Virus record (IMG/VR): IMGVR_UViG_3300036817_000162
Direction: 5' to 3' (one strand)
Length of the DNA: 64,000 nt
Source of the DNA: a virus
Part shown: positions 18,737 through 27,944 of the stretch, in pieces
Layout of the letters: each line of letters opens with the position of its first letter
Numbering within the stretch: position 1 is the stretch's first letter
Notes under the pieces: model-generated
The model's input: the letters and a program-made list of their open reading frames with translations, nothing else
Told to the model about the DNA's origin: nothing
Database searches by the model: none
Program-made: the position numbers and the translations under genes

Positions 18737-18838
18737 GGGTTAAGGGACACCCGCCACCTCCCTCACGTGAGGGAAAAGACGCGCTAGGCTGACGGGTAAC
18801 CTGACAGCGGTAGACGGTCAAGCAGGAGAGGGGAACCC

Positions 18839-19042
18839 ATGCCGGTAACGCGGGGCACCGGGACGGTGCCGGTCGGCGCGAAGGTCAGCGAGGAGCAGCA
18901 CGAGGCGCTGCGCTGGCTGGCGTACGTCGAGCACACCACCGTCTCGGCGATCATCTCCCGGTACGCCGCCGAGGGACTGGAGCGAGATCACGTCATCCAG
19001 CGGTTCAACGCGTCGAGCGCCAAGGACCCGCACCCCCGGTGA
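18839..19042 (+). CDS. ribbon-helix-helix-like regulator
   Basis: VPVGAKVSEEQHEALRWLAYVEHTTVSAIISRY. Confidence 0.65.
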   Translation: MPVTRGTGTVPVGAKVSEEQHEALRWLAYVEHTTVSAIISRYAAEGLERDHVIQRFNASSAKDPHPR

Positions 19043-19452
19043 TCTGCGCGAGACCGGGCTGCGGGACGGTGTTCTGCGACGACGACAGCGACTACCCGCC
19101 GGGCGTCGCCGTGACGCCCAGGCGGTTCTGCTCCAGGAGGTGCAGGGTGCTGGTGATGCGGTGGAACGGGGAGCACGAGCGGCGGACCCGGGAGCGTGAG
19201 CCCTGGCGTGACCTCGCTGCCTGCCGGACGCCCTGGAAGGTGGGATTCAGGGCACCGGGGGACGCGGCGGCAGCGGCGGAGGTCATGCGCTCCAGTCGCG
19301 GCGTCGCCCTGTACCTCTACGACGACTGCCCGTGCGGTGCAATCCACCTGACCCGGGAATGCTCCCCGGACGGGAGCCCGGAAACGCTCCCAGCGGGCGG
19401 CATGACAACGTCGGCCAGGACAACCAGGGGAACGGGCCCGAGCCCGCCGTAG
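19039..19452 (+). CDS. Cys-rich (zinc-binding) hypothetical protein
   Basis: C.RPGC, FCSRRC, CPCGAIHLT. Confidence 0.55.
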   Translation: MICARPGCGTVFCDDDSDYPPGVAVTPRRFCSRRCRVLVMRWNGEHERRTREREPWRDLAACRTPWKVGFRAPGDAAAAAEVMRSSRGVALYLYDDCPCGAIHLTRECSPDGSPETLPAGGMTTSARTTRGTGPSPP

Positions 19453-19756
19453 GCCCTCTCCGGGCCGCCGCCAAAAGGGCGCCGGAACACGCGTCGTTAT
19501 GCGGGCCCAGGCGGGCCGGCGAGAGTATGGTCAGACCCACCACACGTAGCAAAGGGCCGGGCTCCTTCCGGAACCCGGCCCCAAATAGAACTTCCCTCCC
19601 GCTGTGGCGGCGGGCGGACAACACATGCGAAGGGATGTCTAGTGCGTCCATTGCCTACGGTAGCAGATACCGCGTGCCCGGACACGAGCGACACGATTAC
19701 GCCGCGCCGGGTGCATCGGGAAAATTATCAGGGCCGCCTAGCCGAGGCGGCGGATC

Positions 19757-20833
19757 GTGAGCGTTGAAGCGATCTCCTGGGCGCTCAACCTGGCGCCGGT
19801 ACCGGATGACCCGAGTGGCAAGCCAAACAGCGCCTGCGCGTTCGTCCTTGTCGGCCTGGCGAACCATGCGGGCCCTGACGGCACGGCAGCCTTTCCGGCA
19901 GTCAGCACCCTCATCCGCTACACCCGCCTCAGCGAGCGGACCGTTCGCACCGCCCTGGACCGCCTCCAGGCCGCCGGGCTCATAACCCCCTGCTCGTCCG
20001 AGATCGTTGCCGCCCACATCCGCCGCGCCGACCGGCGCCCCCAGGGGTGGGACCTTGACCTCGCTCAGGTTCGCGCAGATCTCACCAGTGAGGAGATCGC
20101 GACCCTGGAGCGCCAGTTTCCAGGGCTGAAGCACCGAATCAACGAGGTGCAGCAGTTGCACCCCGCATCCCAGAACGGGGTGCGTCAGTTGCACCCCGAT
20201 GGTTCAGCATCGTCGAACGGGGTGCAACTGACGCACGAACGGGGTGCAACTGACGCAGAACGGGGTGCAGCAGTTGCACCCGAACCGTACATAGAACCAT
20301 CCATAGAACCAGAACCTAAAAACCTTTCTTCGTCGCAACCCGCTTCGCTCGATGGCGACGGCGGCGAGATCGCCGTCGCCGGACTCGACGAACCGGGAGC
20401 CCGTGAGGACGTCGAGCGAATCTGCGGCCACCTCGCCGACCGGGTCGAGCAGCGCTACGGCAAGCGGCCCAGCATCATCAAGCGATGGCGCACCGCTGCC
20501 CGCCAGATGCTTGAAATCGACAACCTCACCGAGGAGCAGGTACACACGGCGATCGACTGGTGCCAGGACAACGAGTTCTGGGCGCCGAACGTCCGGTCGG
20601 TGCCGAAGCTGCGGGAGAAGTACATCCAGCTGCGGGCGCAGGCGGTCCGTGAGCAGCGGATGCTGGCGGGGCCAGGTGGCGGTTACAGGCCGTCTACCAC
20701 TGACCAGCGGGTGAACCAGGCCCTGGACCTGGCTGCCGAGTACCGGGAGATGGAGCTGCGCGAGGGGGTAACTTCCGGCAACGGCCGGGCGGCGATAGCA
20801 GGCGCAGTGGTAACCGAGCAAGACGCGTTCTGA
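19757..20833 (+). CDS. phage replication initiator (N-terminal wHTH)
   Basis: AFVLVGLANHA...FPAVSTLIRYTRLSERTVRTAL; C-terminal W.PN.RS..KLREKY; upstream of helicase. Confidence 0.75.
   Translation: MSVEAISWALNLAPVPDDPSGKPNSACAFVLVGLANHAGPDGTAAFPAVSTLIRYTRLSERTVRTALDRLQAAGLITPCSSEIVAAHIRRADRRPQGWDLDLAQVRADLTSEEIATLERQFPGLKHRINEVQQLHPASQNGVRQLHPDGSASSNGVQLTHERGATDAERGAAVAPEPYIEPSIEPEPKNLSSSQPASLDGDGGEIAVAGLDEPGAREDVERICGHLADRVEQRYGKRPSIIKRWRTAARQMLEIDNLTEEQVHTAIDWCQDNEFWAPNVRSVPKLREKYIQLRAQAVREQRMLAGPGGGYRPSTTDQRVNQALDLAAEYREMELREGVTSGNGRAAIAGAVVTEQDAF
20141..20282. repeat. iteron-like repeats, probable replication origin
   Basis: GAACGGGGTGCAACTGACGCA at 20215 and 20237; GGGGTGC-N7-GCACCC units at 20141, 20173, 20258. 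Confidence 0.7.
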
Positions 20834-20849
20834 GAGAGAGGGACAGCAG

Positions 20850-21110
20850 ATGCTGAAGTCACAGACGGCGACGCTCCTGGGGGTGTGCGCGTCGTTCGAC
20901 GCCCGCACCGTGGGCCACGCCGACATCGAGGCATGGTTCGCCGCCGTGGGCGACCTGGATTTCGAGGAGTGCCGGGAGAAGGTGATCCAGCACTACCGGA
21001 CCAGCCGGGAGCGGATCATGCCCGCTGACCTGGTCGAGGTCGACGAGGGAGGCATCCCGCCGTGGGAGTACGAGGGCGGGATCGACCGGCCGGGGAAGGC
21101 CGCGCTGTGA
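20850..21110 (+). CDS. putative helicase loader/inhibitor (G39P-like)
   Basis: 86 aa between initiator and helicase; DIEAWFAAVGDLDF...HY....RIMPAD. Confidence 0.5.
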   Translation: MLKSQTATLLGVCASFDARTVGHADIEAWFAAVGDLDFEECREKVIQHYRTSRERIMPADLVEVDEGGIPPWEYEGGIDRPGKAAL

Positions 21111-22417
21111 GCGGGGAGGACGAGTTCAGCGAGCCGGTGCACGACATCGAGGCGGAGCGGTACACCCTCGCGGCGATGATGATGCACCCGTTCGCGACCG
21201 AGACGGCGGCGGAGATCCTGGAGCCAGCCAGCTTCTACCGGCCCGCTCACCGGGAGATCTTCCAGGCGCTGATCCAGATGCTGGCGGCCGGGGAGCACGT
21301 CGACCCGGTGACGCTGACCGCCTGGCTCCGCACCGACGGGGCGGGCAAGGCACTCGGCGCCGACGGCCTGTACGTCGCCGGACTGTTCGGCCTGCCTGCC
21401 GTCCCGCAGGCGGTGGAAAGCTACGCGCGGACCGTGCTGAAGCTCGCCGTCCGCCGGGCGGTCATCGGCATCGGCTCCCGGCTGGTCGCCGCCGGCCGCG
21501 TCGGTGACGTGGACGAGGGTGAGCTGGTCGGGCGCGGCCACACGCTGCTCGACCAGGTGCTCACCGCCGGCGGCGGCAGCGGCCTGGACATGCCGGGCAT
21601 GACGGCGGACGAGTTCTGCGACGCCGACGACATTAACGCCGACCCGCTGGTGCCCGGCCTGCTGTACCGGCAGGAACGCGTCGTCGTGGTCGGCCCGGAG
21701 GGCGGCGGCAAGTCGATCCTCGGCCTCCAGATGGCGTTCACCACCGCGTCGGGCGTTCACCCGTTCAGTCACCGGCCGTTCGGTGAGCCGCTGAAGGTGG
21801 CGGTCGTCGACCTGGAGAACCCGGCGCACATCGTGCAGCGCCGGTTCCGGACGTTCCGGTCGATCGCGGCGAACTACCCCGGCTGGGAGGGCAAGAACCT
21901 GACGCTGCTGCACAAGCCGGGCGGCCTGAACCTCACCAGCCCGCGTGACGCCTACGGGCTCGCGCAGCTGATCAGGCGGACGGGCGCGGACCTGGTCGTC
22001 GCCGGGCCGATCTACAAGATGATGGCGGGCATGGAAGTCAACCTGGACCGCTACGCGCAGGTCGCCGCGTTCTGGGACCGGATGCGGGAGGACTACGGCA
22101 TCGCCCTGTGGCTGGAGGCCCACGCCCCGTACGGCGGCGGCGGGAAACGGGAGATGCGCCCGGAAGGGTCGAACCTGTGGGCGAAGTGGTGCGAGTTCGG
22201 CGTGTCGCTGAACTGGGGGAGCAAGAAGCATGACGGCCACCGGGGCGGCCTCGACTGGACGTACTTCAAGGGATCACGCGAGGAGGGACGCGGCTGGCCG
22301 TCGTGGATCACCCGCAACCAGTTCCCCGGCGCCGGCTGGCCGTGGGTCGCGAACTACGAACGGGGGGCGCTCGGCGTCCCGCTGACCCGCGCGAGGCAGG
22401 AGAGCCCCGATGACTGA
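21107..22417 (+). CDS. dnaB: DnaB-like replicative helicase
   Basis: HDIEAERYTL...FYRPAHREIF N-domain; Walker A GPEGGGKS. Confidence 0.8.
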   Translation: MSGEDEFSEPVHDIEAERYTLAAMMMHPFATETAAEILEPASFYRPAHREIFQALIQMLAAGEHVDPVTLTAWLRTDGAGKALGADGLYVAGLFGLPAVPQAVESYARTVLKLAVRRAVIGIGSRLVAAGRVGDVDEGELVGRGHTLLDQVLTAGGGSGLDMPGMTADEFCDADDINADPLVPGLLYRQERVVVVGPEGGGKSILGLQMAFTTASGVHPFSHRPFGEPLKVAVVDLENPAHIVQRRFRTFRSIAANYPGWEGKNLTLLHKPGGLNLTSPRDAYGLAQLIRRTGADLVVAGPIYKMMAGMEVNLDRYAQVAAFWDRMREDYGIALWLEAHAPYGGGGKREMRPEGSNLWAKWCEFGVSLNWGSKKHDGHRGGLDWTYFKGSREEGRGWPSWITRNQFPGAGWPWVANYERGALGVPLTRARQESPDD

Positions 22418-22736
22418 CCGCCCGCCGCTGCTGATCGAGATCCAGTGGCACGCCCCGGACCTCATGTACGCGGCGGCACTGTGGCGCAACGGCAAGCCCT
22501 GGCTCCTCGACGGCGCCCTCGTCGGCATGGCCGCCTCCCGTGTCGGGGCGGTGGACGAGCTGCTGGGCGCTGCCCGGCAACTGGTCATCCATGGCGAGAA
22601 CTACCTCACCGACGGCCTGGTGCCGCTGGCTGACCGGCAGTGGCTGTTCCGGCTGCTCGACCCGGGCGACACCACCGATGACATGTACGTGGCGCTCAGG
22701 CAGGCCGAGGCAAGAGAGGGAAAGACCGATGACTGA
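22410..22736 (+). CDS. hypothetical protein
   Basis: GGAGAG RBS, overlap with helicase stop. Confidence 0.6.
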   Translation: MTDRPPLLIEIQWHAPDLMYAAALWRNGKPWLLDGALVGMAASRVGAVDELLGAARQLVIHGENYLTDGLVPLADRQWLFRLLDPGDTTDDMYVALRQAEAREGKTDD

Positions 22737-23016
22737 TGACCGGAACACCGCGTACACCGACGGGGTACGGCTGGGGATGTGGCTGGAGTCCACTGTCCGG
22801 CCGACGCTCGCGAAGTGGGGCAAGAGCGCGGACGTGCGGGTCTGCACCCTGGCGACCGTGCTCAGTGAGCTGATCGAGGCGCACGTCGGCGACGCGCTCG
22901 ACGGGGCGCTGCTCGGTGAGCTGTACGGGCTGTGGGTGAAGCACGCCGTGACGCTCGGGGAGCAGGACGCGGCGGCGAACACCGCCCGCCGCGCTGCGGA
23001 AACGGGCCTGGAGTGA
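22729..23016 (+). CDS. hypothetical protein
   Basis: GAGAGGG RBS. Confidence 0.6.
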   Translation: MTDDRNTAYTDGVRLGMWLESTVRPTLAKWGKSADVRVCTLATVLSELIEAHVGDALDGALLGELYGLWVKHAVTLGEQDAAANTARRAAETGLE

Positions 23017-23600
23017 CCCCCCGCGACCCGCAGGCCGAGCTGGAATGGGGGGAGTTCGCCGGGTGGATGGAAGCCCAGGGCAAAGACGCCATGGACGACA
23101 GCGCCGTGTACGGCTCAGGCGACATGATCGAGTCGTTCACCGGCGGAATGCAGGCCCAGCGTGCCCTCGACGATGACCGGGACGAGCGCCTGCACCTGGC
23201 GGCCGGCCGCGATGAGGCCCGCAGCGACTACAGCCGCCTCCGGGCGGCGGTCCTCGACGACGACCAGTCCGACGCCTCCGTCCGCAGGCGCTGCCTGGAG
23301 ATCATCAAGACCGCCGGCACCCCCCCTGTTGACGCGCCGCTGGACGCCCAGCGCAAGCACGTCCCCGGGAACTGCCAGTGCACTCCGTGCAAGACCGCCC
23401 CGGCGTGCCCGGAGGCGCCCGTTTACCGCAAGGTACGGCAGCGCCTTACCGGGCCGCAGAGCAGCTTCTGGATGATCGAGTGCAATGAGGGGTGGCGCTC
23501 GCTGATCTTCTGCACGGACCTGCGCGAAGCTGACGCGGACTGGCTGCTGTCGCTGCTCGGCCGTAAGCCGTCCCCCGCAGTCCTGGCCGGGGAGCCGTGA
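23013..23600 (+). CDS. hypothetical protein
   Basis: GTGA and TGATG coupling. Confidence 0.55.
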   Translation: MTPRDPQAELEWGEFAGWMEAQGKDAMDDSAVYGSGDMIESFTGGMQAQRALDDDRDERLHLAAGRDEARSDYSRLRAAVLDDDQSDASVRRRCLEIIKTAGTPPVDAPLDAQRKHVPGNCQCTPCKTAPACPEAPVYRKVRQRLTGPQSSFWMIECNEGWRSLIFCTDLREADADWLLSLLGRKPSPAVLAGEP

Positions 23601-24223
23601 TGCGCGCCCTGGCTGTCATCGGCCTGGACCCGTCGCTGACCTCGTTCGGGATCGCCCGCACCAACGGGCCGGACTGCCTGCCGGACCTGCACCGGATCAA
23701 GCCGAGGGACCGCAGCAAGGACGAGCCGCTGCGAGAGTTCCAGCACCAGCGGCTCGCGGGGCTGCTGCGCGAGGTGGAGACGCTGGCGCGCGGCGCTGAC
23801 CTCGCCGTGGTCGAGGGCGTGCTGGCCGGGATGCCGGGCGCGGAGAACCACCTGAACCTCGCCGGGCTGCACTGGCAGGTCCGGCACCGCCTGTGGGAAA
23901 TCCACGTTCCCTACGCCGTGATCACCCCGTCAACCCGGATGAAGTACCTGACCGGGCGCGGCGCCGGGGTCGAGAAAACCGAGTGCGCGCTCGCCGCCGC
24001 GAAGCGGTTCCCGATGGCGGACATCACCGGAACCGACACGGCCGATGCCCTCACCCTCGCCCAGATGGGCGCCGACGCCTACGGCGAGCCGCTGGTCCAG
24101 ATGCCAGCGGACCGCACCGCGCTGCTACACGCCAGGCGCGTTAAGAACCCACGGAAAGGCGAGCCGGTGATCGACTGGCCCGCGATCAACAGAGAGGCTG
24201 TCCTGTCATGGGCAATCCGGTGA
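23600..24223 (+). CDS. RuvC-like Holliday junction resolvase
   Basis: IGLDPSLTSFG, VVEG, DTADAL catalytic acidic motifs. Confidence 0.8.
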   Translation: MRALAVIGLDPSLTSFGIARTNGPDCLPDLHRIKPRDRSKDEPLREFQHQRLAGLLREVETLARGADLAVVEGVLAGMPGAENHLNLAGLHWQVRHRLWEIHVPYAVITPSTRMKYLTGRGAGVEKTECALAAAKRFPMADITGTDTADALTLAQMGADAYGEPLVQMPADRTALLHARRVKNPRKGEPVIDWPAINREAVLSWAIR

Positions 24224-24564
24224 AGGTAATGGGCGGGAGCCTGCCCGACGACCGCCACAACGGCCTGTACGACCCGAAGGTGGTCAACAACCTGTTGTCC
24301 CAGCCGAACAACGCGGTGCTGATCGTCGCGATCGTCGCCAACCTCAACACGGTGACGAACAACGAGACCGGCAACATCACCCCGGTCCTGAAGTTCCACC
24401 ACATCGAGGTCGCGTCAGACGAGAAACTACGATCACAGGCGGCCCACATCCTCCACGAGCTGCACGCCGAGCGGACCGGGGAGCTGATGCTGCCGTTCGA
24501 GCCGGGCCAGGACATTCCCCTGCCCGGCGAAACCGGAACCACCCCCGAGGAAGGCACCGCATGA
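24208..24564 (+). CDS. hypothetical protein
   Basis: AGAGAGG RBS; coupled. Confidence 0.65.
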   Translation: MGNPVKVMGGSLPDDRHNGLYDPKVVNNLLSQPNNAVLIVAIVANLNTVTNNETGNITPVLKFHHIEVASDEKLRSQAAHILHELHAERTGELMLPFEPGQDIPLPGETGTTPEEGTA

Positions 24565-25415
24565 CACCACTGGCACGGCAGCAGGCACCCGGGCCCGTCA
24601 CCGAATGGTCGGTCTACCGCAGGCGCATCCCCTGGTACCCGTCCTCAACGGGCCGGCTGCTGCCGCTCGGCCGGCACGTCGCCCACGACAGCCGCAACCT
24701 GGCCTACGCTTACCAGCGGACCGCCGCCGCCCTGGTCAGTGTCCTGCACAAGCGGAACGCGCCGCTCCTCAACCAGGGTGACGTCGGATCCTGCACGGGA
24801 AACGGGCAGGTCGGCGTGCTGGCCTGCACCCCCAACTTCCAGGCGCTGCCCGCCGGCCACCCGGCACTGGACGAGGCCGAGGCGCTGAACATCTACAGTG
24901 CCGCCGAGGTCATCGACGGCGACGGCCCGTACCCGCCGAATGACGACGGCAGCAGCGGCCCGTCGGCCGCCAAGGCCGCCATGCAGCTCGGGCTGATCGG
25001 CGGCTACACCCACTGCCTGTCCCTGGCTGACATCCTCGACGCCCTCCAGAGGCAGGCGGTGTCGATCGGCATCAACTGGTACGACAGCTTCGATAAGCCG
25101 CCGTCGTCCGGGCTGCTGACGATCAGCCCCAGCGCGGACGTGCGCGGCGGCCACGAGCCGATGCTGCGCGGCGTGGACGTGACCGACAAGACGGTCTTCG
25201 GCGACAACTCGTGGGGCGTGTCGTGGGGGCTGAACGGCAGCTTCAGCATGGGCTGGGACACCCTGGACCGGCTGCTGCACGAGCAGGGCGACGGCACCGT
25301 GTCGGTGCCGCTGACCGCCCCGGCGCCCGTGCCGTCCCCGGCCATGCCGCCGTCTCCCGACGTGGCACTGTGGGCGGCGGCCAAGGGCTGGGCGGCATCC
25401 AAGGGACTCTCCTGA
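24561..25415 (+). CDS. papain-like (C1 family) cysteine peptidase
   Basis: NQGDVGSC, GGHE, NSWG.SWG.NG catalytic motifs. Confidence 0.85.
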   Translation: MTPLARQQAPGPVTEWSVYRRRIPWYPSSTGRLLPLGRHVAHDSRNLAYAYQRTAAALVSVLHKRNAPLLNQGDVGSCTGNGQVGVLACTPNFQALPAGHPALDEAEALNIYSAAEVIDGDGPYPPNDDGSSGPSAAKAAMQLGLIGGYTHCLSLADILDALQRQAVSIGINWYDSFDKPPSSGLLTISPSADVRGGHEPMLRGVDVTDKTVFGDNSWGVSWGLNGSFSMGWDTLDRLLHEQGDGTVSVPLTAPAPVPSPAMPPSPDVALWAAAKGWAASKGLS

Positions 25416-25420
25416 TCTCC

Positions 25421-25439
25421 CACACGTGTGAGGTATGAT
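25421..25439 (+). promoter_or_regulatory. palindrome-promoter copy 8 (CACACGTGTG variant)
   Basis: CACACGTGTG-AGG-TATGAT. Confidence 0.65.
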
Positions 25440-25485
25440 CCGGGGAGTCCCCGTGTTCGCGGGGCGGTGAGAGAGGACGAGGACC

Positions 25486-25653
25486 ATGGGAGCGATGACG
25501 GGGCACGCGCTGGCGCGGAGGCTGCTGGAGCTGCCGGACCACCCGGTGATGACCATCGACAGCGAGAGCGTCACCGAGGCGTACGCGAGCACGTACGACA
25601 CCGACGCTGAGACGGACCTGCCCTGCGTGACGCTGGAGACCGAGGAGTTCTGA
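25486..25653 (+). CDS. small acidic protein
   Basis: GAGAGAGG RBS; 55 aa; followed by hairpin. Confidence 0.55.
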   Translation: MGAMTGHALARRLLELPDHPVMTIDSESVTEAYASTYDTDAETDLPCVTLETEEF

Positions 25654-25661
25654 CCGGGGAA

Positions 25662-25704
25662 GGGGGGTGGCCGGGGCGGCTGTAAACCCGCCCGGCCACC
25701 CCCC
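25662..25704 (+). terminator. 14-bp stem hairpin terminator
   Basis: GGGGGGTGGCCGGG / CCCGGCCACCCCCC then TCTTCT. Confidence 0.7.
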
Positions 25705-25714
25705 TCTTCTCTAC

Positions 25715-25735
25715 CTCACACATGTGTGATACAGT
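25715..25735 (+). promoter_or_regulatory. palindrome-promoter copy 9
   Basis: CTCACACATGTGTGA-TACAGT. Confidence 0.8.
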
Positions 25736-25787
25736 GAGGGTGCATCAGGGAAAAAGAGAACAGCTCCCCGTGAGAGAGGGACCACCA

Positions 25788-27173
25788 ATGAGCGAGATCA
25801 TCACCCGCATACGGAACGCGGACGTCGAGGAGATCATGACGATCCTCACCGACCAGCAGGCACGGCAGGCCGACGTCATCGTGCCGTCCTCGCTGATGCG
25901 GTTCGACCGGGGCAACCTGGTCATCAGCCAGGACGAGCGCACCCAGGTACTCACCGACGACGGCGTCCTGTCCGTCGCCGGCTCCTACAAGCCGACCAGC
26001 GTCGGCGACGAGACCCTGTCCACCCGCATCGGCGGCCAGGCCGGCTTCATCAAGGCGATGCGCGGCAAGGGCCGCCACGACGTCATCGACCCCGTGTTCA
26101 ACCACCTGCTGCACGGCGGCGGCCACGACGCCGAGGCCGAGGCCGAATGGGCGCTGGAGCACATGGACGAGTCCGGCGCGGCGACCGAACTGGCGCCGGA
26201 GTTCCCCGAGTTCGGCCCGTTCGACGGCAAGATCATGCTGCGCCTGCTCAAGGGCGACGAGGGCGAGGAGGGCGTGCTCCGCGCGGCCCTGTCGTCCCGG
26301 TACAAGATCATGGACAACCTGACCGTGCTGCTGGCGGTCATGGAGGGCATCCAGCGGGCCGGCGTCAACGCGATCCCGAGCAACTTCGACCTGTCCGACA
26401 AGAGGCTGTACGGGCGCTTCGAGGTGCCCGAGCTGGCCGTGCTCGCCCCGAACCTGCTGGAGGGTTACCGCAGCCCGTTCGACGGCGTCGGCGGCGCCCA
26501 GCGGGCCGGGGAAGACCGCCCAGGGTTCAGGCTCCAGAACGGGGGCGGATGGTCGCCGCAGGCCGCGCTCGCCGCCGCCGCCCGTGAGGGCCAGGGCTAC
26601 GAGCCGGGCAAGGCGCCGGTCGTCTGGGCCGGGTTCGTCATCTCCAACAGCGACGTGGGCTCCGGGTCGCGGACCCTGTCCCCGCAGATCCGCATCCAGG
26701 TGTGCAAGAACGGCCTCACGCTGCTCGCCGAGACCGACCGGAAGGTCCACCTCGGCAGCGAGCAGGGCGAGGGCCTGGTCGACTGGTCGAACGAGACCCA
26801 GGAGAAGGAACTGGCGCTGATCACCGCCCAGGCCCGCGACCTGGTCGCCACCTGGATGACCCCCGAGTGGTTCGGGGCGCAGGTCGCCGAGATCGAGAAG
26901 CTGGCCGGCGTGCCCGTCCCCGAGCCGGAGCCGGTCATCGAGGCGGTCGCTTCCCGGGTCAAGTTCAGCAAGACTGAGGCTGAGGGGATCCTGGCGCACT
27001 TCATGCGCGCCGGGCAGTACAGCAGCGGCGGCGTCGCCAACGCGGTCACCTCCTACAGCCAGACGCTGTCCGACGCGGACCGGGCGGCGGAGCTGGACAC
27101 CAAGGCGATCCCCGCGATGAAGGAAGCGGCCAGCGTGGCGGCCAAGGCAGCCAGGGCCAAGGCAGCGGTCTGA
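25788..27173 (+). CDS. DUF932-like protein
   Basis: LRAALSSRYKIMDN, GFVISNSDVGSG, IQVCKNG motifs. Confidence 0.6.
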   Translation: MSEIITRIRNADVEEIMTILTDQQARQADVIVPSSLMRFDRGNLVISQDERTQVLTDDGVLSVAGSYKPTSVGDETLSTRIGGQAGFIKAMRGKGRHDVIDPVFNHLLHGGGHDAEAEAEWALEHMDESGAATELAPEFPEFGPFDGKIMLRLLKGDEGEEGVLRAALSSRYKIMDNLTVLLAVMEGIQRAGVNAIPSNFDLSDKRLYGRFEVPELAVLAPNLLEGYRSPFDGVGGAQRAGEDRPGFRLQNGGGWSPQAALAAAAREGQGYEPGKAPVVWAGFVISNSDVGSGSRTLSPQIRIQVCKNGLTLLAETDRKVHLGSEQGEGLVDWSNETQEKELALITAQARDLVATWMTPEWFGAQVAEIEKLAGVPVPEPEPVIEAVASRVKFSKTEAEGILAHFMRAGQYSSGGVANAVTSYSQTLSDADRAAELDTKAIPAMKEAASVAAKAARAKAAV

Positions 27174-27188
27174 AAAAGGGGAGAGAAC

Positions 27189-27327
27189 GTGCCCCCCGGT
27201 TCTTTTCACACGGAACCGGGGGAGCACCTTTGAGGTAGAACGAAGGGGGGATGACCCGGAAATCCCTGGTCACCCCCCCTTCCCCGGTGCCAGCCGGGCG
27301 GCGGCGTCGCGTTTAGCCGCCCGGCTG
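27189..27327. other. three consecutive GC-rich hairpins (terminator or structured RNA)
   Basis: stems 27192-202/27213-223, 27242-256/27268-282, 27291-302/27316-327. Confidence 0.6.
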
Positions 27328-27354
27328 TCGGGCTTTCACGGAGAGGAGGGCACG

Positions 27355-27687
27355 GTGACGGAGGACAGGGCCGCCCCCGCAGACCAGCTAAGAGACAGTG
27401 ACGGGGAGCCGCTGCTTTACACGGAGGAAGTAGCGGAAGCGCTCGGCATTGAGGTGACCACGGTCCGCTGGAAGAACGCGGACGCCCGTAGGCAGCGGAA
27501 GAAGGGCAGGAAAGCCCGCTTCCCGGCGCCGCGTAAGCACGTGCAGCGGACCACGATGAAGAAGAACGGGCAGCCGGTCACGGTGACGACCCCGGTGTGG
27601 CGCAAGGACCGGATCGAGGAGTACCTGGCCAACCAGCTCGGCCCCGGCGGCCGGCCAGCGGCCACCTTGCGGAAAAGGGCCAGCTGA
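27355..27687 (+). CDS. MerR/AlpA-like HTH protein
   Basis: LLYTEEVAEALGIEVTTVRW...FPAP...PVW...I..Y. Confidence 0.65.
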   Translation: MTEDRAAPADQLRDSDGEPLLYTEEVAEALGIEVTTVRWKNADARRQRKKGRKARFPAPRKHVQRTTMKKNGQPVTVTTPVWRKDRIEEYLANQLGPGGRPAATLRKRAS

Positions 27688-27944
27688 TGACCAGGAAGCA
27701 GGCGGAGGCGGAGGTCGCGGGCTACCTGGACCTCTGCGCTGAGCTTGGCCTTGCCAACGACTACCACCCGACGCCCGACGGGGCGGTGAAGCTGATCTTC
27801 ACCCGGGAGAAGGACAAGGCCGCCAGGGAGCTGGTTACCGGGGAGTTCATGATCGCCGCCAGGAAGCGGGGCATCCGGGTCAAGGCGCCCAGGGGGAAGA
27901 ACGGAGGGGATTCCCGTGAAGTGGCAGGGCAGCAGCAGCTTTGA
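27687..27944 (+). CDS. hypothetical protein
   Basis: TGATG coupling. Confidence 0.55.
   Translation: MTRKQAEAEVAGYLDLCAELGLANDYHPTPDGAVKLIFTREKDKAARELVTGEFMIAARKRGIRVKAPRGKNGGDSREVAGQQQL

Noticed and set aside
25716-27227. Long antisense ORFs (also 20993-22240, 49305-50399, 53377-54702, 59202-60284)
   Set aside because: Shadow frames opposite well-supported genes in high-GC DNA; no RBS or motifs
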